A DNA stretch of 64,000 nt from Eledone cirrhosa (GCA_964016885.1 OZ024763.1:1-64000), one strand, 5' to 3'. Positions 47,798 to 60,975 are shown, counted from the first letter of the stretch. Numbers and translations are program-made. The notes: generated by a model from the sequence alone, not told the origin.

Positions 47798-49410
47798 CTT
47801 CATTTATGAACATATAGTTCATTTATGCTTTGCTGTTCACGTATATTACTATTACACATCCAACGGAGCATGCAAGCTTCGTGGTGGTGGTGAGGTGGTG
47901 GTGGTGGTGGTGGTGGCGGTGAGGTGGTGGTGGCGGTGAGGTGGTGGTGGTGGCGGTGAGGCGGTGGTGGTGGCGGTGGTGGTGGTGGTGGTGGCGGCGG
48001 TGAGGTGGTGGTGGCGGTGAGGTGGCGGCGGTGGTGGAGGTGGTGGTGGTGGCGGTGAGGTGGTGGTGGCGGTGAGGTGGCGGCGGTGAGGTGGTGGCGG
48101 TGGTGAGGTGGTGGTGGTGGCGGTGAGGTGGTGGTGGTGGTGGTGGCGGTGAGGTGGTGGTGGTGGCGGTGTCAGTAATAATGTGATGTAGATTGAGAGA
48201 ACCAAAGTAGATCTGATATTGGTAAACTGTTGTATGAAGTAGATATTGTAGAGTTTAATGGTGGTGGGAGGGGGAGGGGGGGGGCTACTCTAGTTTATGT
48301 GGTCATGGTGGTGGTGGGAGGGGGGGGGCTACTCTAGTTTATGTGGTCATGGTGGTGGTGGTGGTGGTGGGGGAGGTGGTAATGATAGCAGCAGTGGTGG
48401 TGGTGGTGGTGGTGTAGTTGGGGGTGGTGGTGGTGATGATAGCAGCAGTGGTGGTGGTGGTGGTGGTGGTGTAGTTGGTGGTGGTGGTGATGATAGCAGC
48501 AGTGGTGGTGGTGGTGGTGGTGGTGGTGTAGTTGGTGGTGGTGGTGGTGATTATAGCAGCAGTGGTGGTGGTGGTGGTGGTGGTGATGGGGGAGGTGGTG
48601 ATGATAGCAGCAGTGGTGGTGGTGGTGGGGGAGGTGGTGATGATAGCAGAAGTGGCGGCGGTGGTGGTGGTGGCGATGAGGATCATGATGATTGGGATAG
48701 CAAGGGTGTGGTGGCGATGAGGGTGAGGGTCATGGTGGTGGTGTTGGGGGGGGGGGCAGTGGGCTGGGGCAGTGGGCTGTAGAATCCCAGGAGTAGGATG
48801 AGATAAAAGAATGTTGTTGTTTAGCTGATGATGTCTACAAGCTGTGCTTAAGATGGATATAAGGAGGCTGGGAGGCAGGGAGATGAGAGGGAGAAGACAG
48901 ATGGGAGGATGGGGACTGTGATGCTGGTGATACCTGCAGCTAAGAGACTGCAGGGATACAAGAGCATCATACCACTTATTTTATATTTTACTCTCTTTCT
49001 ACTTGACCACAAAAGCCACTCCATCCATGGCAGTCTAATCAGGCATGAGTTAGGAGGAGGATAATATAGCTTTGTTGTTGGTGGTGGTGTTGTTGTTGTT
49101 GTTGTTGTTGTTGTTGTGGTGGTGGCTGTTGTGGTGGTGGTGTTGTTGGTTGTGGTGTTGGTGGTGGCTGTTGTTGTCGGTGGTGGTGGTGGTGGTGGTG
49201 GTGTTGTTGTGGTGTTGGTGGTGTGGTGGTGGTGGTGTTGTTGTGGTTGTGGTGGTGTTGTTGTTGTTGTTGTTGTTGGTGGTGGTGGTGTTGTTTGTGG
49301 TGGTGTTGTTGTTGTTGTTGTTACTTTTTTCACTTGATAATCTCAATCAGATATCAACAACAATTGCAACAACAACAGTAACAACAACAATCACAACAGC
49401 AGCACCAACC

Positions 49411-49444
<34 letters not shown>

Positions 49445-50694
49445 CCACAACAGCAACAACATCAATAGCAACCACAACAGCAATAGCAACAACAACAGCA
49501 ACAACAACCACAACATCAATAGCAATCACAACAATAGCAACAACAACAATAGCAACCACACCAACAACAACCACAACAACAACAACAGCAACAACACCAA
49601 TAGCAACCACACCAACAACAACAACAACAACAGCAACAGCAACAACAACAATAGCAACCACACCAACAACAACAGCAACAACAACAACAGCAACAACAAC
49701 AGCAACAACAACAACAATAGCAACAACACCAACAACAAGATGAACAATGTTGAACAAGACCCCTGTTATTGTCATGGAAATGCAAATGCCTTCAAATGCC
49801 CTCACCCCTTTGCCAAGGGTCACAAGGACCAGTTCTTAGCAAGCAGTGTGACATTGATTGGTATTGATTGAGACCCCATCCCCTCTCTGGGTCTAAACGG
49901 CTGATTTCTTCCAGAGAAGGACTGAGTGTGTGTGAGAGAGAGAGAGAGAGAGTGTGTGAGTGTGTGTGAGAGAGGGTGTGAGAGAGAGAGAGAGTGTGTG
50001 TGAGAGAGAGAGAGAGTGTGAGTGTGTGTGTGAGAGGGTGTGAGTGTGAGAGAGAGAGAGAGTGTGTGTGAGTGTGTGTGAGAGAGAGTGTGTGTGTGTG
50101 AGAGAGAGAGTGAGAGAGGGTGTGAGTGAGTGTGTGTGAGAGAGGGTGTGAGTGTGTGTGTGAGAGAGAGAGTGTGAGTGTGAGAGAGAGAGTGTGAGTG
50201 TGTGTGAGAGAGTGTGAGTGTGTGTGAGAGAGTGTGAGTGTGTGTGAGAGAGTGTGAGTGTGTGTGAGAGAGTGTGAGTGTGTGAGAGAGAGTGTGAGTG
50301 TGTGAGAGGGAGTGTGTGTGTGTGTGTGAGAGGGAGAGAGAGTGTGTGTGTGTGAGAGAGAGAGGGTGTGAGTGTGTGTGTGTGTGAGAGAGAGAGAGAG
50401 TGTGTGTGTGTGAGAGAGAGAGGGTGTGAGTGTGTGTGTGTGTGTGAGTGTGTGTGAGAGAGAGTGTGAGTGTGTGTGTGTGAGAGAGAGAGAGGGTGTG
50501 TGTGTGAGTGTGTGTGAGAGAGAGAGAGTGTGTGAGTGTGTGAAAGAGAGAGGATGTGAGTGTGTGTGTGTGAGAGAGAGAGAGAGTGTGTGTGTGTGAG
50601 AGAGGATGTGAGTGTGTGTGTGAGAGGGAGATATAGAGGAAGAATTGACCCCAGTATTGGACTGGTACTTTATTTTACTGACTTCAAAAAGATG

Positions 50695-51295
50695 AGCAGG
50701 TACATTATATCATGGTACCAACACTAACACTTTACAGGGTGTACTGGGTGTACTTTATCATGGTACCAACACTTTACAGAGTGTACTTGGTACATTTTAT
50801 CATGGTACCAACACTACCAGTTACAGAATGTACTAGGTACATTTTATCATGGTACCAGCACTTTACAGAGTCTACTGGGTGCCCTTTATCATTACACCAC
50901 CGCTAACACTTTACAGAGTGTATTGGGTGTATTTTATCATGTTACCAACATTAACACTTTATAGAGACTACTGGGTACATTTTATCATGGTACTAACACT
51001 ACCATTATACAGAGTGTACTAGGTGCATTTTATTGTGACAACAGCACTACCACTTTACAGAGTGCACTGGGTATATTTTATCATGGTACCAACTCTACCA
51101 CTTTACAGGGTATATTGTGTACATTTTATTGTGGTACCAGCACAAACACTTTGTAGAGTGTACTGGGTGCATTTTATGATACCGACACTAATATATTGTT
51201 GTATTGAATACATTTTATCGTGGCGCTAACAATTAACAGAGTGTACTGGGTGCATTTAGTCTTGACATCAACACATTAGAGTGTAGTGGGTATAT
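50695..51295 (-). repeat. diverged ~46-bp tandem array derived from the SINE/RTE-UTR internal unit
   Basis: Unit CACTTTACAGAGTGTACTGGGTACATTTTATCATGGTACCAACACT resembles the reverse complement of GGTGCCACGGTAAAA..CACCCAGCACTCACTGTAAA (23798-23836); about 13 units. Confidence 0.7.
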
Positions 51296-51587
51296 CATAT
51301 AGCAACATCAGCAGGAGAGAGGTTATCTATCATATGTTAGGCTTGACATAAGAGTCGTCTTGAAATCCAATAATATTGTCATCTCCATTTGATTCCGATT
51401 GCCAAACTCTATCCGGCTCCTATGTGCGTGTCTGTCTGTCTGTCTGTCTGTCTGTCTCCTACGTGCCTGACTGTCTGTCTGTCTGTCACCACATCAACTT
51501 GATTTTATTTACAGAACCCATTTAACTGAAATAGATTCTTGAAAAATTGTGAGACTGTTGCAAACAGACTTTAGTTGGAATATATAT

Positions 51588-51845
51588 CATCATCATCATC
51601 AGGTTTAGCGTCCGTGTTCCACGCTTGCATGGGTTTGGACGGGGGTTTTCCCACTTGAGGCAAGAGTGGTTGTCTTGCTCGCATAGGACTGTCTGGCGGG
51701 TTTTCTACAGTTGGATGCCCTTCCTAACACCAACCACATTTACAGTGTGGGGCTGGGAGGTTTTTACCGTGTTGCCTACACGGCCACATTACAGCGTGGA
51801 CTGTCTGGCGGGTTTTCTACAGCTGGATGCCCTTCCTAACACCAC

Positions 51846-51850
<5 letters not shown>
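51588..51850 (-). mobile_element. RTE family B 3' UTR fragment with internal duplication
   Basis: Reverse complement of 27148-27360; segment GGACTGTCTGGCGGGTTTTCTACAG.TGGATGCCCTTCCT duplicated; same structure at 58248-58560. Confidence 0.8.
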
Positions 51851-51887
<37 letters not shown>

Positions 51888-51891
<4 letters not shown>

Positions 51892-52106
51892 AGGCGTGTG
51901 GCTGAGTGGTTAGAGAATTGGATTCGCAATCGTAAGGTTGTGAGTTTGATTCCTGGACCAGGCGATGCGTTATGTCCTTGAGCAAGACACTTTATTTCAC
52001 GTTGCTCCTTCTACCTGGAGTTGCGACCGATAGATAGTATTAGCAATTGGAAAGACCAACGGAAACATTGTTCCCTCGGTCCGATTTGACGAAAGTCGAT
52101 CGTTCC
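51888..52106 (+). mobile_element. tRNA-headed SINE with half CORE and an unrelated 3' segment
   Basis: TGGCTGAGTGG A box, GAGTTTGATTCC B box, CCTTGAGCAAGACACTT, then a unique ~100 nt ending CGTTCC(TA)n; second copy at 60976-61196 on the minus strand. Confidence 0.85.
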
Positions 52107-52357
52107 TATATATATATATTAATTTATTAAAATAACAGATTAAAGTTTAAGCAAAGAATCGCTGCTTTCAACCTTAACGGGATCTTCTGAAAGGTTAGTT
52201 TCAGAAGATCCTGTTAAGGGTGAAAGCAGCGATTCTTTGCTTAAACTTTAATCTGTTATTTTAATAAATATTTGCTCTACGGTTCTTATATATTTGATAT
52301 ATATTTATCCTTATCGAGCCCTCTTTGGATTTTAGTCTTCACATTTATTATTATTAC

Positions 52358-52390
<33 letters not shown>

Positions 52391-52698
52391 TTATATATAT
52401 ATTTATAGGAAAAAGTATGACCCCGACGGCAGAATAAAGATACTTTTTCCTATTTCCCAGTCTACTACCCTAAGTATTGAGTACTCTGATGCATTATGGT
52501 CCATCTGGTTCCTTACCACAATTCCTTTGTTATATATATTTATATATATATGTATATATATTTATAGAGAAAAGGTGAAATTGGAAATTTATATATATAT
52601 ATATTTTTTTTGTGTGTGTATATATATATATTTTTTTTGTGTGTGTATATATATATATTTTTGTGTATATATATATATATATATACATATATATATAC

Positions 52699-52946
52699 TA
52701 GGTGTCACGACAAAAAACACGCAGTCCATGCTGTAATGTGGCCGTGTAGGTAACACGGTAAAAACCTCCCAGTCCACACTGTAAATGTGGTTGGTGTTAG
52801 GAAGGGCATCCAGCTGTAGAAAACCTGCCAGACAGTCCTATACGAGCGAGACATGGTCACCCGACCAATCTTGCCTCAAGTGGGACAACTCCCGTCTAAA
52901 CCCATGCTTGCGTGGAAGATAGACGTTAAACGTTGATGATGATGAT
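52699..52946 (+). mobile_element. RTE family B 3'-UTR-like fragment
   Basis: GGTGTCACGACAAAAAACAC...AGGAAGGGCATCC...CCCATGCTTGCGTGGAAG...(GAT)n. Confidence 0.8.
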
Positions 52947-53001
52947 ATATATATATACACATATATATACATATACATATATATATATATATACATACAT
53001 A

Positions 53002-53091
<90 letters not shown>

Positions 53092-53105
53092 CATATATAT
53101 ATACC

Positions 53106-53176
<71 letters not shown>

Positions 53177-53189
53177 GTATATATATATG

Positions 53190-53298
<109 letters not shown>

Positions 53299-53369
53299 GT
53301 ATATATATATGTATATATATATGTATATATATGTATATATATATGTATATATATATGTATATATATATG

Positions 53370-53409
<40 letters not shown>

Positions 53410-53507
53410 CATATATATATATGTATATATATATATACATATATATATATATGTATATATATATATACATATATATATATGTATATATATATACATATAT
53501 ATATATG

Positions 53508-53545
<38 letters not shown>

Positions 53546-53618
53546 CATATATATATACATATATATATACATATATATATACATATATATATACATATAT
53601 ATATACATATATATATAC

Positions 53619-53685
<67 letters not shown>

Positions 53686-53705
53686 CATATATATATATAT
53701 GTATA

Positions 53706-53745
<40 letters not shown>

Positions 53746-53752
53746 TATATAC

Positions 53753-53849
<97 letters not shown>

Positions 53850-53869
53850 CATATATATATATATGTATA

Positions 53870-53909
<40 letters not shown>

Positions 53910-53916
53910 TATATAC

Positions 53917-54007
<91 letters not shown>

Positions 54008-54014
54008 TATATAC

Positions 54015-54070
<56 letters not shown>

Positions 54071-54963
54071 AAAGACAACAGTTATTTCAGTCAAGTCTTA
54101 GAGCCTGCTTCTTCAAATATTTCTCACCGATTCTTTCCATTATTTCTTGCATTATTCCTGGTTTTTATTCTGTCTTTTGTGTCTCAAGATTTCTCTGTTC
54201 TTTGTTCTGCTGAGAAGAATCCTGATGATCGCAAATGGAACCAAACACAATCTTCTTCAGTGGCATTTCGCATTCTCTCTCTCTCTCACTGTGTCTTTCT
54301 CTCAATCTCACTCTTTTACTGTCTTTTTCTCTGTCTGTCTGTCAACCTCTCATTCTCTCTCAGTCTCTCTCTGTCTATGTCTCACTCTCTGTCTGTCTTT
54401 CTGTCTCTGTCTGTCTCTCTCTCACTCTCTTACTCTCTCTCTCTGTCTCTCTCTCTCTCTCCCTCTCTGTCTGTCTGTCTGGCTCTCTCTCTTTCTCAGT
54501 TTGTCTGTCTCACTCTTTCTCTCCCTCTCTCTTTCTCAGTCTGCCTCTCTCACTCTCTATCTTTCTCAGTCTGTCTGTCTCTCTCTCTCGTTCCCTCTCC
54601 CTCCCCAGTTTGTCTCTCTTTCACCACCCCTCTCTCTCAATCTCTCTCTCTCAATCTCTCTCTCTCTCTCTCTCTCTTTCCCCCCTCTCTCTCTTTATCC
54701 CCCCTCTCTCTCTGCCCACACCCCAGCCCTCCCAATCTCTCCTTGGAACTAGTTTAATATCTGCAAGCATTGCATTACCTTGGCTTTGTAGATGTTGTTG
54801 TTGCTGTTGTTGTTGTTATTGTTTTCCATTCTGTGAGTGATTGGGGGGGGGGGGGGGGAGGGGGGAAATGAGGGTAGGCCATTCTTGAAGTATTGTTATT
54901 GTTTGAGGTAGATAAATACCTGCTGGTGAGGACACACAGACAGACGGAAAGGTGAAGGATATA

Positions 54964-55464
54964 GTTGGATGGCTGGTTGGTTGGTTGGATGGCTGGTTGG
55001 TTGGTTGGATGGATGGATGGCTGGCTGGCTGGTTGGCTGGCTGGCTGGCTGGCTGGTTGGTTGGTTGGTTGGATGGATGGATGGATGGATGGATGGCTGG
55101 CTGGCTGGCTGGCTGGCTGGTTGGTTGGATGGCTGGTTGGTTGGATGGCTGGTTGGTTGGTTGGTTGGCTGGCTGGCTGGTTGGTTGGTTGGTTGGTTGG
55201 TTGTTTGGCTGGTTGGTTGGTTGGTTGCTGGATGGTTGGATGGCTGGTTGGTTGGTTGGATGGTTGGTTGGATGGCTGGTTGGTTGGTTGGATGGCTGGT
55301 TGGTTGGATGGCTGGTTGGTTGGTTGGTTGGTTGGTTGGTTGGTTGGTTGGTTGGTTGGTTGGATGGCTGGCTGGTTGGATGGCTGGTTGGTTGGATGGA
55401 TGGATGGTTGGTTGGTTGGTTGGTTGGTTGGATGGTTGGTTGGTTGGCTGGCTGGTTGGTTGGT

Positions 55465-55499
<35 letters not shown>

Positions 55500-55510
55500 T
55501 TGGTTGGTTG
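54964..55510. repeat. (GGTT/GGCT/GGAT)n tetranucleotide repeat
   Basis: Directly visible. Confidence 0.95.
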
Positions 55511-56185
55511 TCAACTCTGGATGTCGGTGAGCATGTCCAGCTAACCTCAGCCTCCTCTGTGTCACTTTTGAGCTGACTTTTGGGAGGCTCCCATACAGCT
55601 CTGAGTTTTTCATCCTCAGTGTATACTGATTAATGTTCAGAGCCATCCTCAGCATTTTCGTGTAGCACCCATCCACCATCTGAGAGAGTTTCTTGGTCAG
55701 TGTCCAAGTCTCAGACCCGTACAGCAGCACAGACTCCACTACAGCAATGAAGAGGCGGATCTTCAGGTCTTTACAAAGGTCCGACTTCCCCCACACTGAT
55801 CTCAAGCTGTGGCACGCCGCCCAGGCTTTGCTCTTCCTCTCAACCACATCATCTTCCGTATTCCCAATCTTTGCTCCTAAATACAGGAGGATGAAAAACT
55901 CAGGAGCTGTACGGGAGCCTCCCAAAAGTCAGTTCAAAAGTGACACAGAGGAGACTGAGGTTAGCTGGACATGCTCACCAACATCCAGAGTTGACATTGC
56001 ACTCAATGCTCCTGTGGGAGCCCCTACATGGACACACTAGAAGAGGAAGACCAAGGTTAACGTATGTTGATGCCCTAAGGACAGACACTGGTCTGTTGGA
56101 GACGCAGGACATGGCAGTGATAATGAGGGACAGAGACCGCTGGAGAGAACTCGTCCAGGGATCTCAGGAATTTTACCCACCCTAG

Positions 56186-56186
<1 letters not shown>
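55509..56186. mobile_element. third RTE-like LINE family, 3' end with 5' inversion
   Basis: Minus 55509-55885: YLG...VLLYGSETWTL...[15 protein letters not shown]; plus 55887-56186: ...[30 protein letters not shown]...DRDRWR. Confidence 0.9.
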
Positions 56187-56217
<31 letters not shown>

Positions 56218-56233
56218 GATGATGATGATGATA

Positions 56234-56264
<31 letters not shown>

Positions 56265-56539
56265 GACTAGATGATTGTAGGTAAGGGTAAGGTGTTATCA
56301 GCACCATAATATTCCATCCATATCCCTCTTCTAATCTCTGATACTCCAAGAAACCATATTACAGCAATTCCTCTCCCTTCCTCCTCCCTCTCTTTCCCCC
56401 TCCACCCCTATCCTTCCTCCCTCTCCTTCCCCCCCCCCCCTTCTCCTCCTCTCCCAGACATTACACTCTGTTCATTTATTCTGAAGCATATTTTTCACAT
56501 CAACTGAAGCACCTTGGCTAAAGGTCCTTTACAATATAA

Positions 56540-56890
56540 TGTTCTCTAGCTCTCTCTTTCTCTAGCTCTTCTCTAGCACTACACCTTCTCTTTAGTTGCT
56601 CTCTCTCTAGCTCTCTTTAACACTCTCTCTAGCACTACACTCTCTTTTTAGTTCCTCTCTCTCTTCCTCTCTCTCTCTCTAACTCTCTTTAACACTCTCT
56701 CTAGCACTACACTCTCTTTTTAGTTCCTCTCTCTCTTCCTCTCTCTCTCTCTAACTCTCTTTAACACTCTCTCTAGCACTACACTCTCTCTTTAGTTCCT
56801 CTCTCTCTTCCTCTCCCTCTCTAGCTCTCTTTAACACTCTCTCTAGTACTACACTCTCTCTTTAGTTCCTCTCTCTCTAGCATTCTCTCT
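56540..56890. repeat. ~66-bp CT-rich minisatellite
   Basis: CTCTTTAACACTCTCTCTAGCACTACACTCTC...TAGTTCCTCTC repeated 4-5 times. Confidence 0.8.
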
Positions 56891-57007
56891 CACTATCTAC
56901 CATTCTCTATCTAACACTCTCGATCTTTCTGTCCTTCACCATCTGGTTTTTGTGTGTGTGTCACCTCACACTACTCTTACATCTATCTGCTCCCTCCTTA
57001 TCCAAAC

Positions 57008-57043
57008 TTTCCTGAAGAAGGACTTCTGTCTGAAACGTTGAAA
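57008..57043 (+). ncRNA. minimal type I hammerhead ribozyme motif
   Basis: TTTC-CTGAAGA-A-GGAC ttct GTCT-GAAA-CG-TT-GAAA; 4-bp stem I, ACGT palindrome as helix III, GUU triplet. Confidence 0.75.
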
Positions 57044-57380
57044 CCTCCTCCATTTCCACCAAGCGTGAAACTAATATAACTGTGTTAAATTGCCTCCTGT
57101 GTTTTGTTTGTTTCATATATTAACTATATATATATGTATATATATGTGTGTGCGCTTATATATATATATATATATGTTTGTATGTATATATATATATATA
57201 TATATATATGTTTGTATGTATATATATATATATGTATGTATATGTGTGTGTGTGCATATATGTATGTATATGTGTGTGTGTGCATATATATATATATATA
57301 TATGTTTGTATGTACGTCTCTCTATATATATGTGTGTATGTGTATGTGTGTATATATATATATATATATATGTTTGTATG

Positions 57381-57419
<39 letters not shown>

Positions 57420-57498
57420 ATGTGTGTATGTGCATATATATATATATATATGTTTGTATGTATGTCTCTATATATATATGTGTGTATGTGTAATTGTG

Positions 57499-57555
<57 letters not shown>

Positions 57556-57607
57556 GCATTCACACATATATATATATACTTATACATATATATATGTGTG
57601 TGTATAT

Positions 57608-57644
<37 letters not shown>

Positions 57645-57658
57645 CATCTATCTATATC

Positions 57659-57720
<62 letters not shown>

Positions 57721-57753
57721 TAAATTGATATGACTATACAATATATATATATA

Positions 57754-58150
57754 CGAGGGTAACCCCAAAAGTAAGGTCTCCAAAGTGATGGGGGCACAGA
57801 GAAACTGTTCATATGGCTGTTGGCAACACTGTTGTGATTGGTGCTTCCTTCACTCCCAAACAAGCATGCGCCCGCTTCGCTGGGATGCTCAATCTTGGCT
57901 TGGCAGCCATTGAGAATGGAGCTCCCATTGAACGCTACTACAGCCAAGTGTGAATTTTCTGCAGTTATTATATACGAGGGCAATCCCAAAAGTAAGGTCT
58001 CCTTCCGAGGAAAACATGCGTAAAGATCGGCGGATCACTCTGGATGCTCTCTGCATTTTAGTTCCTGAGGTTTCCCGAAGCACCATCTACAGGATTTTAA
58101 CGGAAACGTTGCAATATCGGAAGGAGACCTTACTTTTGGGATTGTCCTCA
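57754..58150 (+). mobile_element. mariner-like remnants: left end with transposase start, plus a 176-bp MITE (57975-58150)
   Basis: TA-CGAGGG.AA.CCCAAAAGTAAGGTCTCC TIR three times (two direct, one inverted); MELPLNATTAKCEFSAVI start; HTH-like DRRITLDAL...SRSTIYRILTETLQYRK. Confidence 0.85.
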
Positions 58151-58164
58151 TATATATATATATA

Positions 58165-58563
58165 TACACAAGTGCAACTAAATTGATATGACAATACAAT
58201 ATATATATACACACACAAGTGCAACTAAATTGATATGGCAATACAATATCATCATCATCATCATCAACGTTTAACGTCCATGTTCCATGCTTGCATGGGT
58301 TTGGACGGGGGTTTTCCCACTTGAGGCAAGAGTGGTTGTCTTGCTCGCATAGGACTGCCTGGTGGGTTTTCTACAGCTGGATGCCCTTCCTAACACCAAC
58401 CAGATTTACAGTGTGGGGCTGGGAGGTTTTTACCGTGTTGCCTACACGGCCACATTACAGCGTGGACTGTCTGGCGGGTTTTCTACAGCTGGATGCCCTT
58501 CCTCCTAACACCAACCACATTTACAGTGTGGGACTGGGAGGTTTTTACCGTGTTGCCTACACA

Positions 58564-58594
<31 letters not shown>

Positions 58595-59077
58595 CACAAG
58601 TGCAACTAAATTGATATGACAATACAATATATATATATATATATACATAAGTGCAACTAAATTGATATGACAATACAATATATATATATATACATACACA
58701 AGTGCAACTAAATTGATATGACAATACAATATATATATATATATATACATAAGTGCAACTAAATTGATATGACAATACAATATATATATATACACACACA
58801 CACACAAGTGCAACTAAATTGATAAGCTAAATTTTAATCATTTGACTTTTATTTAACTTTATTTTACACTACTCCGGAGTAACCAAACCAACCTGCGCAC
58901 TTCGTCGAGTGCTCCAGCCTGCATACTGAGGTGTTGGTATACAACCAACATAAACTCAAAATCTCTCTATATATATATATATACACACACAAGTGCAACT
59001 AAATTGATATGACAATACAATATATATATATATATATATACATACATACACAAGTGCAACTAAATTGATATGGCAAT

Positions 59078-59129
<52 letters not shown>

Positions 59130-59162
59130 CACACACAAGTGCAACTAAATTGATATGACAAT

Positions 59163-59228
<66 letters not shown>

Positions 59229-59261
59229 CACACACAAGTGCAACTAAATTGATATGACAAT

Positions 59262-59297
<36 letters not shown>

Positions 59298-59330
59298 CAT
59301 ACACAAGTGCAACTAAATTGATATGGCAAT

Positions 59331-59376
<46 letters not shown>

Positions 59377-59409
59377 CATACACAAGTGCAACTAAATTGA
59401 TATGACAAT

Positions 59410-59455
<46 letters not shown>

Positions 59456-59545
59456 AGTGCAACTAAATTGATATGGCAATACAATACATATATATATATA
59501 TATACATACATACACACACAAGTGCAACTAAATTGATATGACAAT

Positions 59546-59593
<48 letters not shown>

Positions 59594-59680
59594 TGCAACT
59601 AAATTGATATGACAATACAATACAATATATATATATACACACACGTGCAACTAAATTGATATGACAATACAATACAATAT
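58165..59680. repeat. array of a constant 34-bp unit with variable (TA)n(CA)n spacers
   Basis: CACAAGTGCAACTAAATTGATATG(A/G)CAATACAAT about 17 times; interrupted at 58248-58560 and 58825-58968. Confidence 0.9.
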
Positions 59681-60216
59681 ATATATATATTTAATTCTCT
59701 ACAATGTAGCATACAAGAAACACGTCAGATTAGAAGAGTCCATTGACGTATTCATATTTCATATCTTTAAATTATTACATAGGAAATTTATTGAATTCAA
59801 TAACAAATGTTTAGAGAAAAGAGACAAGAGTAAGAATATTTAGTTTGTCTTGTTCCTTCAGGTCAATTCCGAAGCTTTACTTTGACCATAGAGAAGATTT
59901 CTTTGTCATTTGTAAGACTTCAGAATTAATTTACCGTTTCAGACATCAAACAGTTGCGGTTTTACCGTTTCACTTGTTTCAGATTTGACGAAATGATTCA
60001 CTATTTCAGACAAGAGTGATAAGTTTAGATGTTGGTAATAAATTTTTGTCTGTATGTCTGTATTTCTGAAATAAGGAATTGTTGTATTGTTTATTGAATT
60101 TGGTTTGATTTGATTTATTCAGAATAGTGTGTCTCCATTTTTATTTAGAATAGGTACTCTGTAATCTTGCTCTATGTGTCGTTAAAAGTTACTAAAAGGG
60201 TTGGTGTTAGTAAGAG

Positions 60217-60736
60217 CTTTTGAAACGGTGTAGCTGTCTAGATAAACTAGGAGTTTTGGAACGGTTCAGCTGTCTAGTTATACTAGGGGTTTTGGAATGG
60301 TGTAGCTGTCTAGTTATACTAGGGGTTTTGGAACGGTGTAGCTGTCTAGATAAACTAGGAGTTTTGGTGCGGTGTAGCTGTCTAGATAAACTAGGAGTTT
60401 TGGTGTGGTGTAGCTGTCTAGATAAACTAGGAGTTTTGGAACGGTTCAGCTGTCTAGTTATACTAGGGGTTTGGAATGGTGTAGCTGTCTAGATAAACTA
60501 GGAGTTTTGGAATGGTGTAGCTGTCTCGTTATACTAGGGGTTTTGGAATGGTGTAGCTGTCTAGATAAACTAGGAGTTTTGGTGCGGTGTAGCTGTCTAG
60601 TTATACTAGGGGTTTGGAATGGTGTAGCTGTCTAGTTATACTAGGGGTTTTGGAATGGTGTAGCTGTCTAGATAAAGTAGGAGTTTTGGTGCGGTGTAGC
60701 TGTCTAGATAAACTAGGAGTTTTGGTGTGGTGTAGC
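60217..60736. repeat. 36-bp minisatellite, ~14.5 units
   Basis: GTTTTGGAACGGTGTAGCTGTCTAG(ATAAA/TTATA)CTAGG(A/G) head-to-tail. Confidence 0.95.
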
Positions 60737-60975
60737 GAGAATCGTATTTTGGCTATTGGAAATTAGCGAAAAACAACTTCCGAGATGTGTGGCAAGCGCT
60801 CCATAGAAGCTAGTGGACTAGAGCTACAACATAAGTTAAAAGGCCAAACACACTGAGACGATGGTTAAACCATTATCCGCACAGCCATAGAAACGACCAA
60901 GTAATTCGGGTCAAACAAATAAAATATATATATGAAATGATGAAATGATGAAGATATATATATATATATAATATA

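Noticed and set aside
48297-48782. Gly/Ser-rich ORF resembling a structural protein
   Set aside because: (GGT)n repeat with a recurring GATAGCAGCAGT core; no signal peptide or splice context.
54816-55925. 369-aa ORF with a QPTN-rich tail
   Set aside because: Chance read-through from an inverted LINE fragment into a (AACC)n repeat.
58165-59680. CRISPR-like repeat-spacer layout
   Set aside because: Spacers are pure (TA)n/(CA)n of variable length with no information content.
60217-60736. 36-bp unit starting GTTTTGGAAC, reminiscent of type II CRISPR repeats
   Set aside because: No spacers, similarity limited to the first ~10 nt, eukaryotic context.
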